64,000 nt of DNA, taken from NCBI GenBank assembly GCA_964016885.1, contig OZ024742.1:195610001-195674000 (forward strand), written 5' to 3'. A model generated the notes under the pieces. The model made no database searches. It was not told the DNA's origin and worked only from the letters and a program-made list of their open reading frames with translations. Both the position numbers and the translations under genes were made by a program. Of the stretch, positions 1 to 15,000 are shown one piece after another. The stretch is from Eledone cirrhosa (Eukaryota). Position 1 is the first letter of the stretch, and each line of letters starts with the position of its first letter.

Positions 1-3000
1 ATCTATCATATGTTCCACTACCTCAACCTACAAGATGGGCCCCAAATCTATCATATGTTCCACTACCTCAACCTACAAGATGGGCCCCAAATCTATCATA
101 TGTTCCACTACCTCAACATGCAAGATGGGCCCCAAATCTATCATATGTTCCACTACCTCAACCTACAAAATGGGCCCCAAATCTATCATATGTTCCACTA
201 CCTCAACCTACATGATGCGCCCCAAATCTATCATATGTTCCACTACCTCAACCTACAAGATGCGCCCAAATCTATCATATGTTCCACTACCTCAACATAC
301 AAGATGGGACCCAAATCTATCATATGTTCCACTACCTCAACCTACATGATGCGCCCGAAATCTATCATATGTTCCACTGCCTCAACATACAAGATGGGAC
401 CCAAATCAATCATATGTTCCACTACCTCAACATACAAGATGGGACCCAAATCTATCATATGTTCCACTACCTCAAACTACAATAGGGCCCCTAATCATAT
501 GTTCCACTACCTCAACCTACAAGATGGGTCCCAAATTTATCATATGTTCCACTTCCTCAACATACAAGATGGGACCCAAATCTATCATATGTTCAACTAC
601 CTCAACATACAAGATGGGCCCCAAATCTATCATATCTTCCACTACCTCAACCTACAAGATGCGCCCCAAATCTATCATATCTTCCACTACCTCAACCTAC
701 AAGATTCGCCCCAAATCTATCATATGTTTCACTACCTCAACATACAAGATGGGACCCAAATTTATCATATGTTCTACTACCTCAACATACAAGATGGGCC
801 CCAAATCTATCATATGTACCACTACCTCAACCTACAAGATGGGCCCCAAATCTATCATATCTTCCACTACATCAACCTAAATGATGGGCCCCAAATCAAT
901 CATATGTTCCACTACCTCAACTACAAGATGGACTTCAAATCTATCATATGTTCCACTCCCTCAACCTACAAGATGGCCCCTAATATATCATATGTTCCAC
1001 TACCTCAACCTACAAGATGGGCCCCAAATCTATCATATGTACCACTACCTCAATATACAAGATGGGCCCCAAATCTATCATATGTTCCACTACCTCAACC
1101 TACAAGATGGGCCTCAAATCTCTCATATGTTCCACTACCTCAACCTAAAAGATGGGCCCCTAATCTATCATATGTTCCACTACCTCAACATACAAGTTGG
1201 GCCCCAAATCTATCATATGTTCCACTACCTCAACCTACAAGATGGGCCCGTAATCTATCATATGTTCCACTACCTCAACATACAAGATGGGCCCCAAATC
1301 TATCATATGTTCCACTACTTCAACCTACAAGATGGCCCCTAATCTATCATATGTTCCACTAACTCAACATACAAGATCGGCAGCAAATCTATCATATGTT
1401 CCACTCCCTCAACCTACAAGATGGGCCCCAAATCTAGCATATTTTCCACCACCTCAACATACAAGTTGGCCCCTAATCTCTCATATATGCCACTACCTCA
1501 ACCTACAAGAAGAGTCGCAAATCTATCATATGTCCTACTACCTCAACATACAAGATGGGCCCCAAATCTATCATATGTTCCACTACCTCAACCTACAAGA
1601 TGGGCCCCAAATCTATCATATGTTCCACTACCTCAACCTAAATGATGGGCCCCAAATCAATCATATGTTCCACTACCTCAACCTACAAGATGGGTCCCAA
1701 ATCTATCATATGTTCCACTACCTCACCCTACAAGATGGGCCCCAAATCTGTCATATGTTCCACTACCTCAACCTACAAGATGGGTCCCAAATCTATCATA
1801 TGTTCCACTACCTCAACATGCAAGATGGGCCCCAAATCTATCATATGTTCCACTACCTCAACCTACAAAATGGGCCCCAAATCTATCATATGTTCCACTA
1901 CCTCAACCTACATGATGCGCCCCAAATCTATCATATGTTCCACTACCTCAACATACAAGATGGGCCCCAAATCTATCATATGTTCCACTACCTCAACCTA
2001 CATGATGCGCCCCAAATCTATCATATGTTCCACTACCTCAACATACAAGATGGGACCCAAATCTATCATATGTTCCACTACCTCAACCTACATTATGCGC
2101 CCCAAATCTATCATATGTTCCACTGCCTCAACATACAAGATGGGACCCAAATCAATCATATGTTCCACTACCTCAACATACAAGATGGGACCCAAATCTA
2201 TCATATGTTCCACTACCTCAACCTACAATAGGGCCCCTAATCATATGTTCCACTACCTCAACCTACAAGATGGGTCCCAAATTTATCATATGTTCCACTT
2301 CCTCAACATACAAGATGGGACCCAAATCTATCATATGTTCAACTACCTCAACATACAAGATAGGCCCCAAATCTATCATATCTTCCACTACCTCAACCTA
2401 CAAGATGCGCCCCAAATCTATCATATGTTCCACTACCTCAACCTACAAGATTCGCCCCAAATCTATCATATGTTTCACTACCTCAACATACAAGATGAGG
2501 ACCCAAATTTATCATATGTTCTACTACCTCAACATACAAGATGGGCCCCAAATCTATCATATGTACCACTACCTCAACATACAAGATGGGCCCCAAATCT
2601 ATCATATGTACCACTACCTCAACCTACAAGATGGGCCCCAAATCTATCATATCTTCCACTACATCAACCTAAATGATGGGCCCCAAATCAATCATATGTT
2701 CCACTACCTCAACTACAAGATGGACTTCAAATCTATCATATGTTCCACTCCCTCAACCTACAAGATGGCCCCTAATATATCATATGTTCCACTACCTCAA
2801 CCTAAAAGATGGGCCCCAAATCTATCATATGTACCACTACCTCAATATACAAGATGGGCCCCAAATCTATCATATGTTCCACTACCTCAACCTACAAGAT
2901 GGGCCTCAAATCTCTCATATGTTCCACTACCTCAACCTAAAAGATGGGCCCCTAATCTATCATATGTTCCACTACCTCAACATACAAGTTGGGCCCCAAA

Positions 3001-6000
3001 TCTATCATATGTTCCACTACCTCAACCTACAAGATGGGCCCGTAATCTATCATATGTTCCACTACCTCAACATACACGATGGGCCCCAAATCTATCATAT
3101 GTTCCACTACTTCAACCTACAAGATGGCCCCTAATCTATCATATGTTCCACTAACTCAACATACAAGATCGGCAGCAAATCTATCATATGTTCCACTCCC
3201 TCAACCTACAAGATGGGCCCCAAATCTAGCATATTTTCCACCACCTCAACATACAAGTTGGCCCCTAATCTCTCATATATGCCACTACCTCAACCTACAA
3301 GAAGAGTCGCAAATCTATCATATGTCCTACTACCTCAACATACAAGATGGGCCCCAAATCTATCATATGTTCCACTACCTCAACCTACAAGATGGGCCCC
3401 AAATCTATCATATGTTCCACTACCTCAACCTAAATGATGGGCCCCAAATCAATCATATGTTCCACTACCTCAACATACAAGATGGCCCCAAATCTATCAT
3501 ATGTTCCACTACCTCAACCTACAAGATGGCCCCTAATCTATCATATATGCCACTACCTTAACCTACAAGAAGAGTCGCAAATCTTTCATATGTTCCACTA
3601 CCTCAACTACAAGATGGACTTCAAATCTATCATATGTTCCACTCCCTCAACCTACAAGATGGCCCCTAATATATCATAGGTTCCACTACCTCAACCTACA
3701 AGATGGGCCCCAAATCTATCATATGTATCACTACCTCAATATACAAGATGGGCCCCAAATCTATCATATGTTCCACTACCTCAACATACAAGATGGGCTC
3801 CAAATCTATCATATGTTCCACTACCTCAACCTACAAGATGGGCCCCTAATCTATCATATGTTCCACTACCTCAACATACAAGTTGGGCCCCAAATCTATC
3901 ATATGTTCCACTACCTCAACCTACAAGACGGGCCCGTAATCTATCATATGTTCCACTACCTCAACATACAAGATGGGCCCCAAATCTATCATATGTTCCA
4001 CTACCTCAACCTACAAGATGGCCCCTAATCTATCATATGTTCCACTACCTCAACCTACAAGATGGCCCCTAATCTATCATATGTTCCACTACCTCAACCT
4101 ACAAGATGGCCCCAAATCTATCATATGTTCCACTATCTCAACCTACAAGAAGAGTCGCAAATCTATCATATGTTCCACTACCTCAACCTAGAAGATCTAA
4201 TCTATCATATGTTCCACTACCTCAACCTACAAGATGGGCCCCACATCTATCATATGTTCCACTACCTCACCCTACAATAGGGCCCCTAATCATATGTTCC
4301 ACTACCTCAACATACAAGATGGGACCCAAATCTATCATATGTTCCACTACCTCAACCTACAAGATGGGCCCCAAATCTATCATATGTTCCACTACCTCAA
4401 CCTAAATGATGGGCCCCAAATCAATCATATGTTCCACTACCTCAACATACAAGATGGCCCCTAATCTGTCATATGTTCCACTACCTTAACATACAAGATG
4501 GGCTCCAAATCTATTATATGTTCCACTACCTCAACCTACAAGATGGCCCCTAATCTGTCATATGTTCCACTACCTTAACATACAAGATGGGCTTCAAATC
4601 TATCATATGTTCCACTACCTCAACCTACAACATGGCCCCTAATCTGTCATATGTTCCACTACCTAAACATACGAGATGGGCTCCAAATCTATCATATGTT
4701 CCACTACCTCAACCTACAAGATGGCCCCTAATCTGTCATATGTTCCACTACCTCAACCTACAAGATGGACTTCAAATCTATCATATGTTCCACTACCTCA
4801 ACATACAAGATGGGCCCCAAATCTATCATAAGTTCCACTACCTCAACCTACAAGATGGGCCCCAAATCTATCATATATTCCACTACCTCAACATACAAGA
4901 TGGGCCTCAAATCTATCATATATTCCACTACCTCAACATACAAGATGGGCCCCAAATCTATCATATGTTCCACTACCTCAACCTGCAAGATGGCCCCTAA
5001 TCTATCATATGTTCCACTACCTCAACCTACAACTTGGGCCCCAAATCTATCATATGTTCCACTACCTCAACATACAAGATGGGCCCCAAATCTATCATAT
5101 GTTCCACTACCTCAACATACAAGATGGGCCCCAAATCTGTCATATGTTCCACTACCTCAACCTACAAGATGGGTCCCAAATCTATCATATGTTCCACTAC
5201 CTCAACCTACAAGATGGGTCCCAAATCTATCATATGTTCCACTACCTCAACCTACAAGATGGGTCCCAAATCTATCATATGTTCCACTACCTCACCCTAC
5301 AAGATGGGCCCCAAATCTATCATATGTTCCACTACCTCAACATGCAAGGTGGGCCCCAAATCTATCATATGTTCCACTACCTCAACCTACAAAATGGGCC
5401 CCAAATCTATCACATGTTCCGCTACCTCAACCTACATGATGCGCCCCCAATCTATCATATGTTCCACTACCTCAACCTACAAGATGCGCCCAAATCTATC
5501 ATATGTTCCACTACCTCAACATACAAGATGGGACCCAAATCTATCATATGTTCCACTACCTCAACCTACAAGATGCGCCCAAATCTATCATATGTTCCAC
5601 TACCTCAACATACAAGATGGGACCCAAATCAATCATATGTTCCACTACCTCAACATACAAGATGGGACCCAAATCTATCATATGTTCCACTACCTCAACC
5701 TACATGATGCGCCCCAAATCAATCATACGTTCCACTACCTCAACATACAAGATGGGCCCCAAATCTATCATATGTTCCACTACCTCAACATACAAGATGG
5801 GCCCCAAATCTATAATATGTTCTACTACCTCAACCTGCAAAATGGCCCCATATCTATCATATGTTCCACTACCTCAACCTACAAGATGGGTCCCAAATCT
5901 ATCATATGTTCCACTACCTCAACCTACAAGATGGGTCCCAAATCTATCATATGTTCCACTACCTCACCCTACAAGATGGGCCCCAAATCTGTCATATGTT

Positions 6001-9000
6001 CCACTACCTCAACCTACAAGATGAGTCCCAAATCTATCATATGTTCCACTACCTCAACCTACAAGATGGGCCCCAAATCTATCATATGTTCCACTACCTC
6101 AACCTACAAGATGCGCCCCAAATCTATCATATGTTCCACTACCTCAACATGCAAGATGGGCCCCAAATCTATCATATGTTCCACTACCTCAACCTACAAG
6201 ATGGGTCCCAAATCTATCATATGTTCCACTACCTCAACCTACAAGATGGGTCCCAAATCTATCATATGTTCCACTACCTCACCCTACAAGATGGGCCCCA
6301 AATCTATCATATGTTCCACTACCTCAACCTACATGATGCGCCCCAAATCTATCATATGTTCCACTACCTCAACCTACAAGATGCGCCCCAAATCTATCAT
6401 ATGTTCCACTACCTCAACATACAAGATGGGACCCAAATCTATCATATGTTCCACTACCTCAACCTACAAGATGCGCCCCAAATCTATCATATGTTCCACT
6501 ACCTCAACATACAAGATGGGACCCAAATCTATCTCATGTTCACTACATGAACCTCCAAGATGGGCCCCTAATTTATCATATGTTCCACTACCTCAAACTA
6601 CAAGATGGGCCCCAAATCTATCATATGTTCCACTACCTCAACCTGCAAGATGGCCGCTAATCTATCATATGCTCCACTACCACAATCTGAAAGATGGCCC
6701 CTAATCTATCATATGTTCCACTACCCCAACATACAAGATGGACCCCAAATCTATCATATGTTCCACTACCTCAACATACATGATGCGCCCCAAATCTATC
6801 ATATGTTCCACTACCTCAACATACAAATGGGCCCCATATCTATCATATGTTCTACTACCTCAACCTACAAGATGGGTCCCAAATCTATCATATGTTCTTC
6901 TACCTCAACATACAAGATGGGACCCAAATCTATCATATGTTCTACTACCTCAACCTACAAGATGGGCCCCAAATCTATCATATATTCCACTACCTCACCC
7001 TACAAGATGGGCCCCAAATCTATCATATGTTCTACTACCTCAACATACAAGATGGGACCCAAATCTATCATATGTTCTACTACCTCAACCTACAAGATGG
7101 GCCCCAAATCTATCATATGTTCCACAACCTCAACCTAGAAGATTGGCGTCAAATCTATTATATGTTCCACTACCTCAAAATACAAGATACGCCCCAAATC
7201 TGTCAAATATTCCACTACCTCAACCTACAAGATGGGCCCCAAATCTATCATATGTTCCACTACCTCAACATACAAGTTGGACTTCAAATCTATCTTATGT
7301 TCCACTACCCCAACTTACAAGATGGGCCCCAACTCTATCATATGTTCCACTACCTCAACCTACAAGATGCGCCCCAAATCTATCATATGTTCCACTACCT
7401 CAACCTACAAGATGCGCCCCAAATCTATCATATGTTCCACTACCTCAACCTACAAGATGCGCCCCAAATCTATCATATGTTCCACTACCTCAACCTACAA
7501 GATGGGCCTCAAATCTATCATATGTTCCACTACATCAACCTACAAGATGGGCCCCAAACTAATTATATGGTCCATACCACAACCTACAAGATGTGCCCCA
7601 AATTAATCATATGTACATCTACCTCAACCTACAAGATGCGCCCCAAATCTATCATATGTTCCACTACCTCAACCTACAAGATGGGCCTCAAGTCTATCTT
7701 ATGTTCCACTACATCAACCTACAAGATGGGCCCCAAACTAATCATATGTTCCATACCACAACCTACAAGATGTGCCCCAAATTAATCATATGTACCTCTA
7801 CCTCCACCTACAAGATGCGCCCCAAATCTATCATATGTTCCACTACCTCAACATACAAGATGGACTTCAAATCTATCATATGTTCTAATACCTCAACATA
7901 CAAGATGGTCCCCAAATCTATCAAATATTCCACTACCACAACATACGAGATGGGACCCAAATCTATCTCATGTTCACTACCTGAACGTACAAGATGGGCC
8001 CCTAATTTATCATATCTTCCACTACCTCAACCTACAAGATGGGCCCCAAATCTATCGTTTGAACCACTACCTCAACCTAAAAGGAGGGCCCCAAATCTAT
8101 CATAGTTCCACTACCTCAAACTACAAGGTGGGCCCCAAATCTATCATATGTTCCACTACATCAACATAGAAGATGGGCCCCAAATCTATCATATGTTCCA
8201 CTACCTCAACCTGAAAGATGGCTCCTAATCTATCATATGTTCCACTACCTCAATCTACAAGATGGGCCCCAAATCTATCATATGTTCCACTACCCCAACA
8301 TACAAGATGGGACCCCAAATATATCATATGTTCCACTACCTCAACCTACAAGATGGGCCCCATATCTATCATATGTTCCACTAACACAACCTACAAGATG
8401 GGCTTCAAATCTATCATATTTTCCACTACCTCAACCTACAAGATGCGCCCCAAATCTATCATATGTTCCACTACATCAATATACAAGATGGGCTTCAAAT
8501 CTATCATATGTTCCAATACCTCAACCTATAAGATGGGCCCACAATTAATCATATGTTCCACTACCTCAACCTACAATATGGGCCCCAAATCTATCATATG
8601 TTGCACTACCTCAACCTACAAGTTGCGCCCCAAATCTATCATATGTTCCACTACCTCAACATACAAGATGGGACCCAAATCTATCATATGTTCGACTACC
8701 TCAACCTACATGATGGTCCCCAAATCAATCAAATATTCCTCTACTACAATATACAAGATGGGACCCAAATCTATCTTATGTTCCCTAGCTCAACCTACAA
8801 GATGGGCCCCAAATCTATCATATGTTCCACTACCTCAACCTACAAGTTGGGCCGAATATCTATCATATGTTCCACTACCTCAACCTACAATATGGGCCCC
8901 AAAGCTATCATATGTTCCACCACCTCAACATACAAGATGGGCCCCAAATCTATCATATTTTGCACTATCCCAACATACAAGATGGACCCCAAATCTATCA

Positions 9001-12000
9001 TATGTTCCACTACCTCAACATACATGATGCGCAAAAAATCTATCATATGTTCCACTACCTCAACATACAAATGGGCCCCAAATCTATCATATGTTCCACT
9101 ACCTCAACCTACAAGATGGACTTCAAATCTATCATATGTTCTACTACCTCAACATAGAAGATGGGACCCAAATCTATCATATGTTCCACTACCTCAACCT
9201 ACAAGATGCGCCCCAAATCTATCATATGTTCCACTACCTCAACATAAAAGATGGACTTCAAATCTATCATATGTTCTACTACCTCAACATACAAGATGGA
9301 ACCCAAATCTATCATATGTTCTACTACCTCAACATACAAGATGGGACCCAAATCTATCATATGTTCTACTACCTCAACATACAAGATGGGACCCAAATCT
9401 ATCATATGTTCGACTACCTCAACCTACATGTTGGTCCCCAAATCAATCAAATATTCCACTACCTCAACATACAGGTTGGGACCCAAATCTATCTTATGTT
9501 CCCTAGCTCAACCTACAAGATGGGACCCAAATCTATCATATGTTCCACTACCTCAACCTACAAGATGGGCCCCAAATCTATCATATGTTCCACTACCTCA
9601 ACCTACAAGATGGGCCTCAAATCTCTCATATGTTCCACTACCCCAACATACAAGATGGACCCCAAATCTATTATATGTTCCACTACCTCAACATACAAGA
9701 TGGGCCCCAAATCTATCATATGTTCCACTACCTCAACCTACAAGTTGGGCCCCAAATCTATCATATGTTCCACTACCTCAACCTACAAGATGGGCCCCTA
9801 ATCTATCATATGTTCCACTACCTCAACATACAAGATAGGCCCCAAATCTATCATATGTTCCACTACCTCAACCTACAGTATGAGCCCCAAATCTATCATA
9901 TGTTCCACTACCTCAACCTACAAAATGGGCCCCAAATCTATCATATGTTCCACTACCTCAACCTACAAGATGGGTCCCAAATCTATCATATGTTCCACTA
10001 CCTCAACCTACAAGATGGGTCCCAAATCTATCATATGTTCCACTACCTCACCCTACAAGATGGGCCCCAAATCTATCATATGTTCCACTACCTCAACCTA
10101 CATGATGCGCCCCAAATCTATCATATGTTCCACTACCTCAACATACAAGATGGGACCCAAATCTATCATATGTTCCACTACCTCAACCTACATGATGCGC
10201 CCCAAATCTATCATATGTTCCACTACCTCAACATACAAGATGGGACCCAAATCTATCATATGTTCCACTACCTCAACCTACATGATGCGCCCCAAATCAA
10301 TCATATGTTCCACTACCTCAACATACAAGATTGGACCCAAATCAATCATATGGTCCACTACCTCAACCTATAAGATGGGTCCCAAATCTATCATATGTTC
10401 CACTACCTCAACATACAAGATGGGCCCCATATCTATCATATGTTCCACTACCTCAACATACAAGATGGACTTCAAATCAATCAAATATTCCACTACCACA
10501 ACATACAAGATGGGACCCAAATCTATCTTATGCTCCCTAGCTCAACATACAAGATGGGCCCCAAATCTATCATGTGTTCCACTACCTCAACCTGCAAGAT
10601 GGCCCCTAATCGATCATATGTTCCACTACATCAACCTGAAAGATGGCCCCTAATCTATCATATGTTCCACTACCTCAATCTACAAAATGGGCCCCAAATC
10701 TATCATATGTTCCACTACCCCAACATACAAGATGGGACCCTAAATATATCATATGTTCCACTACCTCAACCTGAAAGATGGCCCCTAATCTATCATATGT
10801 TCCACTACCTCAATCTACAAAATGGGCCCCAAATCTATCATATGTTCCACTACCCCAACATACAAGATGGGACCCCAAATATATCATATGTTCCACTACC
10901 TCAACCTACAAGATGGGCCCCATATCTATCATATGTTCCACTACCTCAACCTACAAGATGGGCCTCAAATCTATCATAAGTTTCACTACCTCAACCTACA
11001 TGATGGTCCCCAAATCAATCAAATATTCCTCTACCACAATATACAAGATGGGACCCAAATCTAACTTATGTTCCCTAGCTCAACCTACAATATGGGCCCC
11101 AAATCTATCATATGTTCCACCACCTCAACATACAACATCGGCCCCAAATCTATCATAAGTTGCACTACCCCAACATACAAGATGGACCCCAAATCTATCA
11201 TATGTTCCACTACCTCAACATACATGATGCGCCCCAACTCTATCATATGTTCCACTACCTCAACATACAAATGGGCCACATATCTATCATATGTTCTACT
11301 ACCTCAATCTACAAGATGGGTCCCAAATCTATCATATGTTCTTCTACCTCAACATACAAGATGGGACCCAAATCTATCATATGTTCTACTACCTTAACCT
11401 ACAAGATGGTCCCCAAATCAATCAAATATTCCACTACCTCACCCTACAAGATGGGCCCCAAATCAATCATATGTTCCACAACCTCAACCTACAAGATTGG
11501 CGTCAAATCTATCATATGTTCCACTACCTCAACATACAAGTTGGACTTCAAATCTATCTTATGTTCCACTACCCCAACTTACAAGATGGGCCCCAAATCT
11601 ATCATATGTTCCACTACCTCAACATACAAGATGGGCCCCAAATCTATCATATGTTCCACTACCTCAACATACAAGATGGGCCCCAAATCTATCATATGTT
11701 CCACTACCTCAACCTACAAGATGGGCCCCAAATCTATCATATGTTCCACTACCTCAACATACAAGATGGGCCCCAAATCTATCATATGTTCCACTACCTC
11801 AACCTACAAGATGGGCCCCAAATCTATCATATGTTCCACTACCTCAACCTACAAGATGGGCCCCAAATCTATCATATGTTCCACTACCTCAACAAACAAG
11901 TTGGGCCCCAAATCTATCATATGTTCCACTACCTCAACATACAAGCTGGGCCCCAAATCTATCATATGTTCCACTACCTCAACATACAAGATGGGCCCCA

Positions 12001-15000
12001 AATCTATCATATGTTCCACTACCTCAACCTACAAGATGGCCCCATATCTATCATATGTTCCACTACCTCAACATACAAGATGGATCTCAAATCTATCATA
12101 TGTTCCACTACCTCAACCTACAAGATGGGTCCCAAATCTATCATATGTTCCACTACCTCAACCTACAAGATGGGTCCCAAATCTATCATATGTTCCACTA
12201 CCTCAACCTACAAGATGGCCCGTAATCTATCATATATGCCACTACCTCAACCTACAAGAAGAGTCGCAAATCTATCATATGTCCTACTACCTCAACATAC
12301 AAGATGGGCCCCAAATCTATCATATGTTCCACTACCTCAACCTAAATGATGGGCCCCAAATCAATCATATGTTCCACTACCTCAACATACAAGATGGGCC
12401 CCAAATCTATCATATGTTCCACTACCTCAACCTACAAGATGGCCCTAAATCTATCATATGTTCCACTACTTCAACCTACAAGATGGTCCCTTATCTATCA
12501 TATGTTCCACTAGCTCAACCTACATGATGGGCCCCATATCTAACATATGTTCCACTACCCCAACCTACAAGTTGGCCCCAAATCTATCATATGTTCCACT
12601 ACCTCAACCTACAAGATGGCCCCAAATCTATCATATGTTCCACTACCTCAACCTACAAGAAGAGTCGCAAATCTGTCATATGTTCCACTACCTCAACATA
12701 CAAGATGGGCTCCAAATCTATCATATGTTCCACTACCTCAACCTACAAGATGACCCCAAGTCTATCATATGTTCCACCACCTCAACCTACAAGAAGAGTT
12801 GCGAATCTATCATATGTTCCACTACCCCAACCTACAAGTTGGCCCCAAGTCTATCATATGTTCCACTACCTCAACATACAAGATGGGCTCCAAATCTATC
12901 ATATGTTCCACTACCTCAACCTAGAAGATCTAATCTATCATATGTTCCACTACCTCAACCTACAAGATGGGCCCCACATCTATCATATGTTCCACTACCT
13001 CAACCTACAATAGGGCCCCTAATCATATGTTCCACTACCTCAACATACAAGATGGAACCCAAATATATCATATGTTCCACTACCTCAACCTACAAGATGG
13101 GCCCCAAATCTATCATATGTTCCACTACCTCAACCTAAATGATGGGCCCCAAATCAATCATATGTTCCACTACCTCAACCTACAAGATGGCCCCTAATCT
13201 GTCATATGTTCAACTACCTTAACATACAAGATGGGCTCCAAATCTATCATATGTTCCACTACCTCAACCTACAAGATGGGCCCCAAATCTATCATATGTT
13301 CCACTACCTCAACCTACAAGATGGCCCTAAATCTATCATATGTTCCACTACCTCAACCTACAAGATGGCCCCTAATCTATCATATGTTCCACTACCTCAA
13401 CCTACAAGATGGCCCCAAATCTATCATATGTTCCACTACCTCAACCTACAAGATGGCCCCAAATCTATCATATGTTCCACTACCTCAACATACAAGATGG
13501 CCCCAAATCTAGCATATGTTCCACTACCTCAACCTACAAGATGGCCCCAAATCTATCATATGTTCCACTACCTCAACATACAAGATGGGCCCCAAATCTA
13601 TCATATGTTCCACTACCTCAACCTACAAGATGGGCCCCACATCTATCATATGTTCCACTACCTCAACCTACAATAGGGCCCCTAATCATATGTTCCACTA
13701 CCTCAACATACAAGATGGGACCCAAATATATCATATGTTCCACTACCTCAAGCTACAAGATGGGCCCCAAATCTATCATATGTTCCACTACCTCAACCTA
13801 CAAGATGGCCCCTAATCTGTCATATGTACCACTACCTTAACATACAAGATGGGCTCCAAATCTATCATATGTTCCACTACCTCAACCTACAAGATGGCCC
13901 CTAATCTGTCATATGTTCCACTGCCTTAACATACAAGATGGGCTTCAAATCTCTCATATGTTCCACTACCTCAACCTACATGATGGCCCCTAATCTGTCA
14001 TATGTTCCACTACCTTAACATACAAGATGGTCTTCAAATCTATCATATGTTCCACTACCTCAACCTACAAGATGGGCCCCAAATCTATCATATGTTCCAC
14101 TACCTCAACCTACAAGTTGGACCCCAAATCTATCATATGTTCCATTACCTCAACATACAAGATGGGCTCCAAATCTAACATATGTTCCACTCCCTCAACC
14201 TACAAGTTGGGCCCCAAATCAATCATATGTTCCACTACCTCAACCTACAAGATGGGCCCCAAATCTATCATATATTCCACTACCTCAACATACAAGATGG
14301 GCCCCAAATCTATCATATATTCCACTACCTCAACATACAAGATGGGCGCCAAATCTATCATATGTTCCACTACCTCAACCTGCAAGATGGCCCCTAATCT
14401 ATCATATGTTCCACTACCTCAACCTACAAGCTGGGCCCCAAATCTATCATATGTTCCACTACCTCAACATACAAGATGGGCCCCAAATCTATCATAAGTT
14501 CCACTACCTCAACATACAAGATGGGCCCCAAATCTATCATATGTTCCACTACCTCAACCTGCAAGATGGCCCCATATCTATCATATGTTCCACTACCTCA
14601 ACATACAAGATGGATCTCAAATCTATCATATGTTCCACTACCTCAACCTACAAGATGGGTCCCAAATCTATCATATGTTCCACTACCTCAACCTACAAGA
14701 TGGGTCCCAAATCTATCATATGTTCCACTACCTCAACCTACAAGATGGCCCCAAATCTATCATATGTTCCACTACCTCAACCTACAAGATGGCACGTAAT
14801 CTATCATATATGCCACTACCTCAACCTACAAGAAGAGTCGCAAATCTATCATATGTCCTACTACCTCAACATACAAGATGGGCCCCAAATCTATCATATG
14901 TTCCACTACCTCAACCTAAATGATGGGCCCCAAATCAATCATATGTTCCACTACCTCAACATACAAGATGGGCCCCAAATCTATCATATGTTCCACTACC

